Source: Candidatus Latescibacterota bacterium (GTDB lineage Bacteria; Latescibacterota; UBA2968; SICM01). Taken from it: a stretch of 64,000 bases of DNA. A program made the position numbers and the translations under genes. A model generated the notes under the pieces. It ran no database searches, was not told where the DNA came from, and was given only the letters and a program-made list of their open reading frames with translations. How positions within the stretch are numbered: position 1 is the stretch's first letter; each line of letters begins with the position of its first letter. The DNA lies in NCBI GenBank assembly GCA_965217865.1, contig CBDCJO010000002.1, positions 2,720,001 through 2,784,000 of the forward strand, read 5' to 3'. Positions 48,065-57,998 of this stretch are shown here, piece by piece.

Positions 48065-49018
48065 TCAGAATCCTTTGAAGAATTGCTTGATGTATCGGTC
48101 CCCTACTTTCCGTCTTTCCTGCACGACTCGCCTTTTCCGGACGGTAAGTGGAAGCAAACGGATGAAATCCAGGACGTAGAGTGCAAGATAGGGGATCCGA
48201 AGCGGACGGTGCAGGAAAAGATAAGGCCAGGTCAGGGCCTCGGTAAGCAGGAGGGAGGGGAGAAGAAAGAGGAAGATACCTGGTGAGCAGTTTTTGGTTA
48301 GGGTCATGTAGCGGTTTTTAAGAACGTGACGCTGAAAAAAAGGTGGCTTGTCCCCCAGGGGAATCCTTCCCTCAAGCGAGGCGGAGCCTACGTGGTGAGC
48401 CATCGCCCCCGGCAGGTACAAACACTTCCACCCCTGGAGCTGGGCCCGCCAGGCGAGATCGATATCTTCCTGAAACGCGAAATAGGATTCATCAAAATAT
48501 TCATCAAGGACTTTAACGTCTTCCAGCATCTCACGTCGCTGGAGGACCACAGCGCCGCTTGCCCCAAAAACGAATTCCTCCTGGTCCACGTTCGTGCTGT
48601 TAGTAAGTGAGAGCCTTTTCCGAAGGTAGACCCCGACATTCATGATATCCCGCGTTTTATCGCGGAAGATCCGACCCGCCACTGTCCCTATCTTCTCGTC
48701 TCGCAGCATACCCCCTACTGCGGCCTTGATAAAATTCCGATCCAGAAAGACATCCGTGTTGAGGACCAAAACATAGACGCCTCTCGAGGCCTGGATCGCC
48801 TGGTTGTACGCCGCACCGAACCCGATGTTCGTCCGGTTTTTTATCAGCTTTGCGAGTCGATAATGCTCCTTGACGACCTCGGGGGATCCATCTGTGGATC
48901 CGTTGTCCACAACGATGACTTCAACCTTTGGATATGTCTGATCGAACACGTCATCGAGGCAACGACGGATATAGCGAATGCCGTTCCAGTTAGCGATGGT
49001 CACAGAGACGAGATCCAT
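48065..49018 (-). CDS. GT2 family glycosyltransferase
   Basis: VVDNGSTDGS, NIGFGAAYN, LNTD, EDIDLAWR. Confidence 0.92.
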   Translation of the reverse strand: MDLVSVTIANWNGIRYIRRCLDDVFDQTYPKVEVIVVDNGSTDGSPEVVKEHYRLAKLIKNRTNIGFGAAYNQAIQASRGVYVLVLNTDVFLDRNFIKAAVGGMLRDEKIGTVAGRIFRDKTRDIMNVGVYLRKRLSLTNSTNVDQEEFVFGASGAVVLQRREMLEDVKVLDEYFDESYFAFQEDIDLAWRAQLQGWKCLYLPGAMAHHVGSASLEGRIPLGDKPPFFQRHVLKNRYMTLTKNCSPGIFLFLLPSLLLTEALTWPYLFLHRPLRIPYLALYVLDFIRLLPLTVRKRRVVQERRKVGDRYIKQFFKGF

Positions 49019-49030
49019 GTCAGCGTCACC

Positions 49031-49792
49031 TTAGCGATTTTTATGCTCTATTCTCCGGACCTGGTCCCGGATTTTCGCCGCCCGCTCGAATTCCTCCTGT
49101 GCAATGGCCTCCTGCATCTCCAGATGGAGACGCTGTTTGAGCGTCAGGGGCCGATTCCGTCGCACTTCCTCACCCCATTGTTGCAGGAAATCGATCTCAT
49201 CGCTTGATTCGAGTTCTTCCACCCGACCCGACTTCTTGAGAAAAACTCTGATCTTCTCAATCCCCTCTTCGATCTGGTTCAAAGCCTTCTCATAGTTCTC
49301 TCGCGCGATACTTAACGCCCCTTTTGCCCGGGTGTTCATCATGATAACGTTGGGCCGGTACTCTTCCAACTGGACGCGGTCCTCCTCCGCCTGCGAGTAT
49401 CGATTCACGAAATCGAACAGCCTAAGGTTGCGAGCCGTGTCCCGCTCTACCCCTTGGTAATCCTCCAGCCGGAAAAGGCAAACGTAGCGGTGATAATATT
49501 GTAGACCTTCCTGTCCGAGACGTACTGAAGCCTCCCTGTCAAGGCTGAATCCTTCTTCCAATCCGTGTTTGGAACGATATTCAATCAATTCTGCTTCGTA
49601 ATAATCCAGCAAGGACTCTTTACCAAAAGGTCTCTGTCCGTCGGGCCGCCCCTCTTCCTCCATCTGTAACAGTCCCAGATCAAGGCGGACCTGTAGTTTG
49701 GACGTCCCATCTGAGCCCTTGATTTTCCGGGCGCAGATATCATTTGGATCGAATTCCCAACCCTGGATAATCGGACCAATATCCGAGTCCAT
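49031..49792 (-). CDS. UvrB/UvrC (UVR) motif-containing conserved protein, paralogue 2
   Basis: AAGGAG RBS; QVRLDLG...GRPDG.RP.G, LQYYHR, AIAQEEFERAAKIRD. Confidence 0.8.
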   Translation of the reverse strand: MDSDIGPIIQGWEFDPNDICARKIKGSDGTSKLQVRLDLGLLQMEEEGRPDGQRPFGKESLLDYYEAELIEYRSKHGLEEGFSLDREASVRLGQEGLQYYHRYVCLFRLEDYQGVERDTARNLRLFDFVNRYSQAEEDRVQLEEYRPNVIMMNTRAKGALSIARENYEKALNQIEEGIEKIRVFLKKSGRVEELESSDEIDFLQQWGEEVRRNRPLTLKQRLHLEMQEAIAQEEFERAAKIRDQVRRIEHKNR

Positions 49793-49951
49793 CGCTTTTT
49801 TCTCCTTACTCATCAAACAAAAAAACCGAACCCGGCAATTTGCGCCACCGGTTAAAGGTACCTCGAAAATATCATCAAAACAGAACCTGAAGTCAACAGC
49901 CGGCGGCAAACCACAGAGGGTTGTTCCAGGAAATTTGATCCAGATTATGCG

Positions 49952-51061
49952 CTAAGGTTCAAACGGATAATTAACCGTCCCCACGGGTAAGGGATCGGGA
50001 CGGTCGCAGGTGCTATTCAAGTCCACGTGGCGCCCCTCAAGGGAGGCATCTAAAAAGGAGTTCATGAGGTCCAGTACGTGATAGGCCATTTCGCCGCTTG
50101 CACGATGGGGCCGCCCCGACCTGAGAGCGTGAGCCATATCCGCAACACCCAGTCCCCTGCTTTGTTCCGTATAACCGTGGGTGAGGGGGACTTCCCGCCA
50201 TTCGTCATCCCCCGGCCGTCTGATCCGGACGGTGCCCCCAAAACCGTTCGGATCGGGAAGACTTAAAGAGCCCTCGCTTCCGTACACTTCGATATACGGA
50301 AGCCGAGCGCCCCAGACATCAAAGCTTGTTACGATGGACCCTATGGCACCGCTGGCAAAATCCAGGACCCCCGCCAGATGGGTCGGTGTATTGACCTGAA
50401 TCTTTGTTCCATACCTGGGTTGGCTGGTTATCGTCCGTTCGGGGAAGGATGCTCTGGCTGAACACGTGACCCTTCTAACAGGGCCCATCAACACGATGAG
50501 TGCGGTAAGATAGTATGGCCCCATATCGAACATCGGTCCCCCTCCGGGTTGATAGAAAAAATCAGGGTTCGAGTGCCACCTTTCGTGACCGTGGCACATC
50601 ATGAACGCATTTGCTGCGACAGGTTCGCCGATCCAACCATCGTCCACAAGTTTTCGACAGGTTTGGATCCCACCCCCCATGAAGGTGTCCGGCGCACAGC
50701 CAACGCGCAGGCCCTTTGTCCTTGCGATCTCCAACAACCTGCCGCCATCCTCCCTGGAAATCGCGAGGGGCTTTTCATTATATAGGCTTTTCCCTGCCTG
50801 CAGCGCCTCCAGACCTATTTCGCCGTGCGCGCCTGGAACCGTGAGGTTGATCACGATCTGGATCTCCGGGTCTGAGAGCAGCTCCTGGACGCTGCAAGCC
50901 CGCACGCCGAATGCCTCGGCCTTCGCCTCCGCCCTTTCCGCAATCAAGTCGGCGCATGCCTGGATGTCGAGGACATCAAAAGAACGCACCCCACGGAAAT
51001 AGAGATCGCTGATCGCACCACAGCCAATGATGCCGATCGTAACCGGGGTCGCCAATTTCAA
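49952..51061 (-). CDS. Gfo/Idh/MocA family oxidoreductase
   Basis: [30 protein letters not shown]. Confidence 0.92.
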   Translation of the reverse strand: MKLATPVTIGIIGCGAISDLYFRGVRSFDVLDIQACADLIAERAEAKAEAFGVRACSVQELLSDPEIQIVINLTVPGAHGEIGLEALQAGKSLYNEKPLAISREDGGRLLEIARTKGLRVGCAPDTFMGGGIQTCRKLVDDGWIGEPVAANAFMMCHGHERWHSNPDFFYQPGGGPMFDMGPYYLTALIVLMGPVRRVTCSARASFPERTITSQPRYGTKIQVNTPTHLAGVLDFASGAIGSIVTSFDVWGARLPYIEVYGSEGSLSLPDPNGFGGTVRIRRPGDDEWREVPLTHGYTEQSRGLGVADMAHALRSGRPHRASGEMAYHVLDLMNSFLDASLEGRHVDLNSTCDRPDPLPVGTVNYPFEP

Positions 51062-51130
51062 CTCCTTTCAAGAACCGTCGAAACCTGGGAGATCACGCTT
51101 CCCGTATCAATCAGAGATGGGAATAGACGA

Positions 51131-51988
51131 TCAATACAAGGCTCGATACAACCTCTTCTGGTAGTCCCTTACGAGCTCATGATTTTGGCTAAGCAGGTTA
51201 AAAACTGAGACCATGGCATCCTTGACCGCACCGTCCATGAAGTCCTTCTTCTTCTCAACGATGCCCAACCATTCCTGCAAGGCAGCGGCATAGTCCTCCT
51301 CCGCGGCACAACAGACACCGAGGTCAAACCGCGCTCTCAGATCGTCCGGATTCGCGGCCACACGATTCTTGCAGGCCTCGAGGCCACCTGTCGCCCTGCA
51401 GGATTCGATAAATTGGACCTGGGCCAAAAGAGCCTTTGCGCGGTCAAAATAGGGACCGCCTTCCTGGATCCTCCCGGCAAACTCCCGGACCGAACCGAGT
51501 TCTCCCTCGTCAAGACGGGTTCGGGCAAGGCTCAACAGGACCCTTTCATCCCCGGGTCTGTTCGTTAGGACCCGTTCATATATCGCCGTGGCGCCATCCA
51601 GATCTCCCTGTTTAACGAGGGTGTCGGCCTGTTTCACCAGGTCGTCGTTTTCGTCTGGCACAAAGGATTCAAGAATTGACTCGACTTCAGATCGGGGCAA
51701 GGCGCCCACGAATTCCCCGACGATCTCCCCATCCCTGAAGATCTTCACGGCCGGAATGCCTCTAACCTGATACGAGGCCGAAAGTTCGGGATCCTGGTCC
51801 ACGTTCACCTTCGCCAACGATACCCTCTCACCAAGAGAGGTCACGACCTCCTCCAGAATCGGTCCCAGGCTCAGGCAGGGGCCGCACCATTCTGCCCAGA
51901 AGTCAACCACGACGGTTCTTTCGAAAGAAGCATCGATAACCTTCTGGTCGAAGTCGTCCTGTCCTGTTTCGAAGATTCGATCTGACAC
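51131..51988 (-). CDS. Thioredoxin-TPR co-chaperone (YbbN/CnoX-like)
   Basis: VDFWAEWCGPC followed by TPR helices, C-terminal YQKRLYRALY; GTG start. Confidence 0.85.
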   Translation of the reverse strand: MSDRIFETGQDDFDQKVIDASFERTVVVDFWAEWCGPCLSLGPILEEVVTSLGERVSLAKVNVDQDPELSASYQVRGIPAVKIFRDGEIVGEFVGALPRSEVESILESFVPDENDDLVKQADTLVKQGDLDGATAIYERVLTNRPGDERVLLSLARTRLDEGELGSVREFAGRIQEGGPYFDRAKALLAQVQFIESCRATGGLEACKNRVAANPDDLRARFDLGVCCAAEEDYAAALQEWLGIVEKKKDFMDGAVKDAMVSVFNLLSQNHELVRDYQKRLYRALY

Positions 51989-51992
51989 AGGC

Positions 51993-52922
51993 TCAACCCA
52001 ATTTTTTCCGCTTGCCCAGGTAGTTGAACAAAACGGTGTCGAAAGGCTCCGCCGTGTCGATCTGGACATAGTCGATCAGACCCTCCCGACACTCTCGTCT
52101 GTAACGGTCTATCTCATTCGACATGTGTCGGCGGTACTCCTCGGCGATGTGCCACGGTTCCGTGGCGACCTCCGCCCCTTGCTCCAGTCCAACGAACCGC
52201 GTTTCCCGATCGTAGAACAGATCCCGTTCTCTCGGGTCCAGAACGTGAAAGACCACCACCTCGTGTTTCCGATGTCTGAAGTGCCGCAACCCTGAGAGAA
52301 CCCGATCTACGTGGTCGCTGCGCTTCGCCTGGCCAACGCAATCCTCTGGTGGCAGGAAGTCTGAGATCACCACGATCATCCCCCGTCGTTTGATCCTTTC
52401 CGCAAGCTCGTGAAACGTCCCGGACACATCCGTATCCGAACCCGTCGTGGCCGCCTCGACCTCCCGAAGGATCGTGTGGAGATGAGTCGTCACCGAACGC
52501 GGGGGAACGTACCTCCGGATCCCCTTGTCAAACAACACAAGACCAACGGCGTCGCGCTGACGAAGCATCAGATAACTCAGGGCGGCGGCCGTAAGGCATC
52601 CATATCGAAATTTGGTGATCCCCCCCGATCCGAAACCCATCGATCCGCTCACATCGAGGAGAATGTAGGCCTTAAGGTTCGTCTCTTCTTCGTGTTCCTT
52701 CACATAGATCCGATCGGTCTTCCCAAAGACTTTCCAGTCGATATCCCGAACCGAATCCCCCGGCATATAAGCTCTGTACTCGGCAAACTCCACGGAGAAT
52801 CCATGGTAGGGGCTCTTGTGTAGTCCGGTGATGAACCCCTCCACAACCAGACGCGCAACGATATCCAGGCGGGAGAGACGGGAGACCACATCCGGCCTGA
52901 GGAATTCCCGGTAGTCAGACAC
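51993..52922 (-). CDS. DUF58 domain protein (MoxR-associated)
   Basis: GLHKSPYHGFSVEFAEYRAY.PGD, IDWK, EEETN, DVSGSM, ISDF. Confidence 0.93.
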   Translation of the reverse strand: MSDYREFLRPDVVSRLSRLDIVARLVVEGFITGLHKSPYHGFSVEFAEYRAYMPGDSVRDIDWKVFGKTDRIYVKEHEEETNLKAYILLDVSGSMGFGSGGITKFRYGCLTAAALSYLMLRQRDAVGLVLFDKGIRRYVPPRSVTTHLHTILREVEAATTGSDTDVSGTFHELAERIKRRGMIVVISDFLPPEDCVGQAKRSDHVDRVLSGLRHFRHRKHEVVVFHVLDPRERDLFYDRETRFVGLEQGAEVATEPWHIAEEYRRHMSNEIDRYRRECREGLIDYVQIDTAEPFDTVLFNYLGKRKKLG

Positions 52923-52972
52923 GGGGAGCCCCGAAAATATGCGATGGCATTTTCAAATTTGGAATCCTTACG

Positions 52973-53971
52973 TCAAGGTTGTGTCTCATCCAAAAGCCTT
53001 TGGATCAGGTCCACGGGGCCGATCCCGTCCGCTTCCGCATTGAAATTCGTGATAATCCGATGCCGAAAAGTGGGAAGGACCACCGCACGAACATCCTCAA
53101 CGGAGGCCGAGGGCCGGCCATCAAGAACGGCTCGTGCCTTTGCGCCCAGGATGAGGCATTGGGATGCACGGGGGCCTGCTCCCCAGCTGACCATCTCCTT
53201 GATATAGGAAGGAACTCCGTTGTTTCCCGGCCGTGTGCTCGTCACGAGACGCACGGCATGATCGATGACCATCCTTGACACGGGGACCCTTCGAACAAGC
53301 CCCTGGAGATCCACGATCTGATCCGCATTCAGAACTTTCTCCACCTCTCCCTTGTATGCACTTGTCGTTTGCCGAACGATCTCTTGCTCTTCCTCTGCGG
53401 TAGGATAGTCGATCCAGAGATTGAAGATGAACCGGTCCAGTTGCGCTTCCGGAAGCGGATAGGTCCCCTCCTGTTCGATCGGATTTTGAGTGGCGAGAAC
53501 GAAGAACGGCTCCAACAGCTTCATCGTTTCGCCACCGGCGGTCACCTCATGTTCCTGCATGGCCTGGAGGAGCGCAGCCTGTGTTTTGGGCGGGGTTCGA
53601 TTAATCTCGTCGGCCAGAACCACATTCGCAAAGATCGGCCCCTTCACGAACCGGAAGGCCTTGCGACCCGTGGACATGTCCTCCTCCAAGATCTCGGTCC
53701 CGGTGATATCCGATGGCATCAGGTCGGGTGTGAACTGAATGCGATTGAAAGTGAGGTCCAAAGCCTTTGCCAGGGTATTGATCAGCAGGGTTTTGGCCAG
53801 CCCCGGAACCCCCACCAGGAGGCAGTGCCCGCCGCACAACAAAGCGATCAGGAGCTGCTCGATGATCTCCTTTTGACCGACGATCACCTTTTCCAACTCA
53901 CCCAATATGTTACCCTTGGCCTCCACCAACCGCTCCACCGTCTCTCGGTCACCCATCTGGTCCGCTGCCAT
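52973..53971 (-). CDS. moxR: MoxR-family AAA+ ATPase
   Basis: [53 protein letters not shown]. Confidence 0.95.
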   Translation of the reverse strand: MAADQMGDRETVERLVEAKGNILGELEKVIVGQKEIIEQLLIALLCGGHCLLVGVPGLAKTLLINTLAKALDLTFNRIQFTPDLMPSDITGTEILEEDMSTGRKAFRFVKGPIFANVVLADEINRTPPKTQAALLQAMQEHEVTAGGETMKLLEPFFVLATQNPIEQEGTYPLPEAQLDRFIFNLWIDYPTAEEEQEIVRQTTSAYKGEVEKVLNADQIVDLQGLVRRVPVSRMVIDHAVRLVTSTRPGNNGVPSYIKEMVSWGAGPRASQCLILGAKARAVLDGRPSASVEDVRAVVLPTFRHRIITNFNAEADGIGPVDLIQRLLDETQP

Positions 53972-54197
53972 CTGACCTCCTCTACCAAGACATCCACCTT
54001 AATGGACCAACAACCCTCTTGACATTTTCCATCCTTTGACGTTCATTCACACCTGCGATTGTTGACTACCCAATCCGGCAAGCGCGTGGCCGTAAACAAG
54101 ATAATCGAAAAAGCGGGAGAAATAAAGCCCAAATCTATGCCCAATCTTGAAATCGCTGTCTCTCTGAAATTTCCGATCCGTCGTTAAGGAGGCCGGT

Positions 54198-55040
54198 TTG
54201 AAGCTCGGTTTCAGCACCTGGGGGACACCCGAGGTCCCAATCGAGGATGCCCTCGCCTATCTCGATGGGCTAGGTTATGATGGAGTCGAGTTGACCGTCA
54301 TCCCGGGCTACACGACCGAATTGAAATTTCTCGATAGGATGGAGCGCCGGCGGATCAAGGATCTCTACCACCGCCACAACCTAGATCTCCCCGCCATTGC
54401 AGCCCACACCACATTTCTTGAATCCGAGGCATCCTCGCACAAGGCCAACATGGAGCGCCTCGAAGCTGCGATCGATCTGGCGGTTGATCTGAGTTCGGAA
54501 TCGGCCCCCCCTGCGATCAACACCACGCCAGGCGGTCGGCCAGATGAATGGGAGACCGTCCGCCACTTGCTCGTAGATCGGATCGGAAGCCTCGTCCGAC
54601 ACGCTGCCTCTCGTGGCGTTACACTCGCCTTGGAACCCCACGTCGGGGCAAGCGTCAATAATCCCGGGCGCATCCTGTGGCTGTTGGAACAGATCGATTC
54701 ACCCTATCTCAAGATCAACTTCGACATCAGTCATTTCGATGTGGTCGGCATTTCTATCGAGGAAGCGGTTCCCCAGCTCGCCCCCCATACGGTCCACACC
54801 CACGTCAAGGACCAGCGGGGTCAACATCCGGACTTCGAATTTCTGATTCCCGGGGAGGGGACTTTTGACTATGTCCGCTATCTCCGGGCCATGCAGGAAA
54901 CGGGTTATACGGGTTACATCACCGTTGAAGTGAGCGTCATGGTCCAGCGCCGACCCGATTACGATCCTTACGCGGCCGCGGAACTTTCCTACAGAACGCT
55001 TTTGAACGCCTTTGAACACGCCGGTGTCAATCGAGGTTGA
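54198..55040 (+). CDS. Sugar phosphate isomerase/epimerase (AP_endonuc_2 TIM barrel)
   Basis: GYDGVEL, LALEPH, NFDISH, HTHVKD, GEG, ITVE. Confidence 0.88.
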   Translation: MKLGFSTWGTPEVPIEDALAYLDGLGYDGVELTVIPGYTTELKFLDRMERRRIKDLYHRHNLDLPAIAAHTTFLESEASSHKANMERLEAAIDLAVDLSSESAPPAINTTPGGRPDEWETVRHLLVDRIGSLVRHAASRGVTLALEPHVGASVNNPGRILWLLEQIDSPYLKINFDISHFDVVGISIEEAVPQLAPHTVHTHVKDQRGQHPDFEFLIPGEGTFDYVRYLRAMQETGYTGYITVEVSVMVQRRPDYDPYAAAELSYRTLLNAFEHAGVNRG

Positions 55041-55136
55041 CGGGCTTTCCGGTGCTGTTTATATTATCCACGCGTCCCATGAAATAAATCCCGATTGTAT
55101 GTCACACACCACGATTCAAACAGGGAGGAAACGATT

Positions 55137-55625
55137 ATGTTCCGCACTGTAATATTATCTGGAATTCCGCTGTTTTTGAGTCTTACAATGGCCTTCATCC
55201 CGGCCAGCACCCTTGCAGGAGAACACCCGAGCGAACACCCCCAGGAACATGCCGCAGAGCATCCGGAGACAAAATCAGTCGGGATGACAAAGGAAGCCCT
55301 TGCCCAGGCCATCAGCGGGTATGTACAGAAAGAGACCAAACTCAAAGGGGGCTATTTCCTGGTTTACGACCGGGCGGCCAAGAGTCCGCTTGTTCTCACC
55401 CTGGAGCGCGTGCACGACGAACGCCTGGCAACGGTGAGCGAGGGAATCTATTTTGCCTGCGCGGATTTCAAGGATCCCGACAACCGGGTCTATGATCTGG
55501 ACATCTTCATGAAGCAAGGCGAATCGGGCTTGAAGGTAACAGAGATCTCGATACACAAAAAAGATGGTGCCGTCCGTTATAATTGGTTCGAGAAAGACGG
55601 CGTATGGATCAAGAAGGGATTATAG
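55137..55625 (+). CDS. Secreted hypothetical protein with N-terminal EHP repeats
   Basis: GGGAGG RBS; signal peptide, then GEHPSEHPQEHAAEHPE. Confidence 0.75.
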   Translation: MFRTVILSGIPLFLSLTMAFIPASTLAGEHPSEHPQEHAAEHPETKSVGMTKEALAQAISGYVQKETKLKGGYFLVYDRAAKSPLVLTLERVHDERLATVSEGIYFACADFKDPDNRVYDLDIFMKQGESGLKVTEISIHKKDGAVRYNWFEKDGVWIKKGL

Positions 55626-55664
55626 GGATAAGAGATAGTCCTATGAACAGGGAGGGAACGATCG

Positions 55665-56642
55665 ATGAGAGGAACGCATAGACTCCTGTGGGGAATGTGT
55701 CTGTTTCTGATCCTGTCGCATGCGCTGTCTGCCCACGCCCAGAACGAACGGCACTTTATCTTCACATATGAAGCGATCCTACGAAACCTCCCGGAATCGG
55801 TTGAGCGGGTGGAACTGTGGCTTCCGGTCCCCAAGGACAATCCCGAGCAGGAGATCCTCTCCCTTGAGGTGGATTCACCAATCAAAGGGGCGTTTAAAAA
55901 AGAGGAAATTTACGGAAACCAAATCTGGTATGCGGGTGCAGCACCGCCTCCGGATGGTACTTGGCGCGTAACTCAGCGAATCGAGGTGGTTCGCAAAGAG
56001 CAACATGTCTCGTGGAATAAAAAAGAGGAAGCTATCCGTGAACCCGACGACTTAAACCTGTTCCTGAAATCGAACCGTATGGTGCCGCTTTCGTCAAGGT
56101 TTGATCGGATCGCCTCGGAGGAGACGCACGGTCAGGAAGCTGCCATCTCCCAGTCCCGCTCCCTGTACGACTATGTCATGGAGAGAATGGCATACGACAA
56201 GTCCGGGGAAGGATGGGGGCTGGGGGATGCCGACTATGCCTGCGATATAGGAAAGGGCAATTGCACGGATTACCACAGCCTGTTCATCGCTCTGACCCGT
56301 TCACTGGCGATCCCCGGCCGGTTTTGGATCGGCTTCCCGCTTCCCGCTGAGCGCGGGGAGGGCAGGATTGGAGGCTACCATTGCTGGGCTGAGTTCTGGA
56401 CTTCCACAACCGGCTGGGTTCCCGTTGACATATCCGAGGCCGACAAGCGCCCCGAAAAGAACGACTATTTCTTTGGGACCCTGGACGAAAATAGGCTCGT
56501 TTTCTCTCTGGGCCGGGACCTGATCCTGAATCCCCCGCAAAAAGGCCCCCCGATCAACTTCTTTATCTATCCCTATGCCGAAGTGGATGGAACCCCCTGG
56601 GATCAGGTTGAATACCGCTTCTCTTATCGGGATTTGCCATAG
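55665..56642 (+). CDS. Secreted transglutaminase-like protein
   Basis: Signal peptide (AHA); Cys-His-Asp triad GNCTDYH, YHCWAEF, WVPVD. Confidence 0.88.
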   Translation: MRGTHRLLWGMCLFLILSHALSAHAQNERHFIFTYEAILRNLPESVERVELWLPVPKDNPEQEILSLEVDSPIKGAFKKEEIYGNQIWYAGAAPPPDGTWRVTQRIEVVRKEQHVSWNKKEEAIREPDDLNLFLKSNRMVPLSSRFDRIASEETHGQEAAISQSRSLYDYVMERMAYDKSGEGWGLGDADYACDIGKGNCTDYHSLFIALTRSLAIPGRFWIGFPLPAERGEGRIGGYHCWAEFWTSTTGWVPVDISEADKRPEKNDYFFGTLDENRLVFSLGRDLILNPPQKGPPINFFIYPYAEVDGTPWDQVEYRFSYRDLP

Positions 56643-56669
56643 AGACAGGTTTCCTTGAGGTCTCGGCTT

Positions 56670-57995
56670 ATGACGCCGCTGAATCGATTCGGTTCCGCCT
56701 CGGACCTGGCTGATTGGGTGTCCGACGCTCGGGCGCGGACCTTCGAGCTGGTCGCTGACCTGACCGACGAACAGCTGATGGGTCCGCAGCTCAGCATCGT
56801 CAATCCCCTGTTGTGGGAGATCGGACACCATGCCTGGTTTCAATCCAGGTGGGTGCTCAGGCAGGCCAGCGGCCAAAAGCCCGTTCGCGAGGACGAAGAC
56901 ACCCTTTACGATTCCATCGCCATCCCTCACGGTACGCGGTGGGACCTGCCCCTGCCCTCCCGTGAAGAGACCCTGGCTTACATGCGCGAAGTCAGAGACA
57001 GGGTGTTGGAACTCCTCCAGGCGGGTGAGCCATCCGATGAGCAGGCCTACCATATCATCTATACGACTTTCCACGAGGACATGCACACCGAAGCCCTGAC
57101 ATACGCGCGGCAAACCCACGGTTATCCACCCCCCCTCCTGTCAATCGTTCCTGAACCCGAGGACCAGCCGGCCGTAGGAGATGGATCCCTTTCCGGGGAT
57201 GTCGAGATCTCAGGAGGAAAATTTATGCTCGGGGCCTCCCGGGAAGATCCCTTCCCTTTCGACAACGAAAAGTGGGCGCATACGGTGGAACTGGAGACCT
57301 TCTCCCTGGCTCGAGCCCCGGTCACCCAGGCCGATTTTACCGCTTTCGTGGCCGATGGCGGGTACCGCCGCCAGGAGCTTTGGAGCCAGGAGGGTTGGAA
57401 CTGGCGGGAGACCGCAAACGCAGAACATCCGGTCTACTGGCGGGGGAATTCCAACGCCGAATGGTTCCGCCGACATTTTGACCGATGGGTCCCGCTCGAA
57501 CCCCATCGCCCTGTCCTTCACGTCAACTGGCATGAAGCCGAGGCGTATTGTTGCTGGGCGGGGCGCCGGTTGCCGACCGAAGCTGAATGGGAGATGGTCG
57601 CTGCATCCGAACCGAACCGAATCAGTGGGGGGCTTGCACCCCGGAAGCGGCCCTATCCCTGGGGCGATGAGGCCCCGGCCGGAGGCCCTGCGAATCTGGA
57701 CTGGGGGGCAATGGGGTGTGTGGATGTGGGGGCATTTTCCGCGGGCGATAGTGCCATCGGATGCCGTCAGATGATCGGAAATGTCTGGGAATGGACCAGC
57801 AGTGTTTTTCTTCCCTACCCCGAATTTGTTCCGGATCCATACAAAGAATATTCAGAACCCTGGTTTGAAACCCGAAAGGTCCTCCGGGGGGGGTGTTGGG
57901 CGACGCGTTCCCGGTTGATACGCAACACCTATCGAAATTACTATACCCCCGACCGGCGGGATGTTTGGGCGGGGTTCCGAACCTGTGCGCCATAA
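56670..57995 (+). CDS. senA: Selenoneine synthase SenA (EgtB-like DinB_2 + FGE-sulfatase)
   Basis: IVNPLLWEIGH, LYDS...PH.TRW.LPLP, HEDMHTE iron motif, RLPTEAEWE, GNVWEW, DPYKEYS.PWF; adjacent to senB. Confidence 0.8.
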   Translation: MTPLNRFGSASDLADWVSDARARTFELVADLTDEQLMGPQLSIVNPLLWEIGHHAWFQSRWVLRQASGQKPVREDEDTLYDSIAIPHGTRWDLPLPSREETLAYMREVRDRVLELLQAGEPSDEQAYHIIYTTFHEDMHTEALTYARQTHGYPPPLLSIVPEPEDQPAVGDGSLSGDVEISGGKFMLGASREDPFPFDNEKWAHTVELETFSLARAPVTQADFTAFVADGGYRRQELWSQEGWNWRETANAEHPVYWRGNSNAEWFRRHFDRWVPLEPHRPVLHVNWHEAEAYCCWAGRRLPTEAEWEMVAASEPNRISGGLAPRKRPYPWGDEAPAGGPANLDWGAMGCVDVGAFSAGDSAIGCRQMIGNVWEWTSSVFLPYPEFVPDPYKEYSEPWFETRKVLRGGCWATRSRLIRNTYRNYYTPDRRDVWAGFRTCAP

Positions 57996-57998
57996 ATC

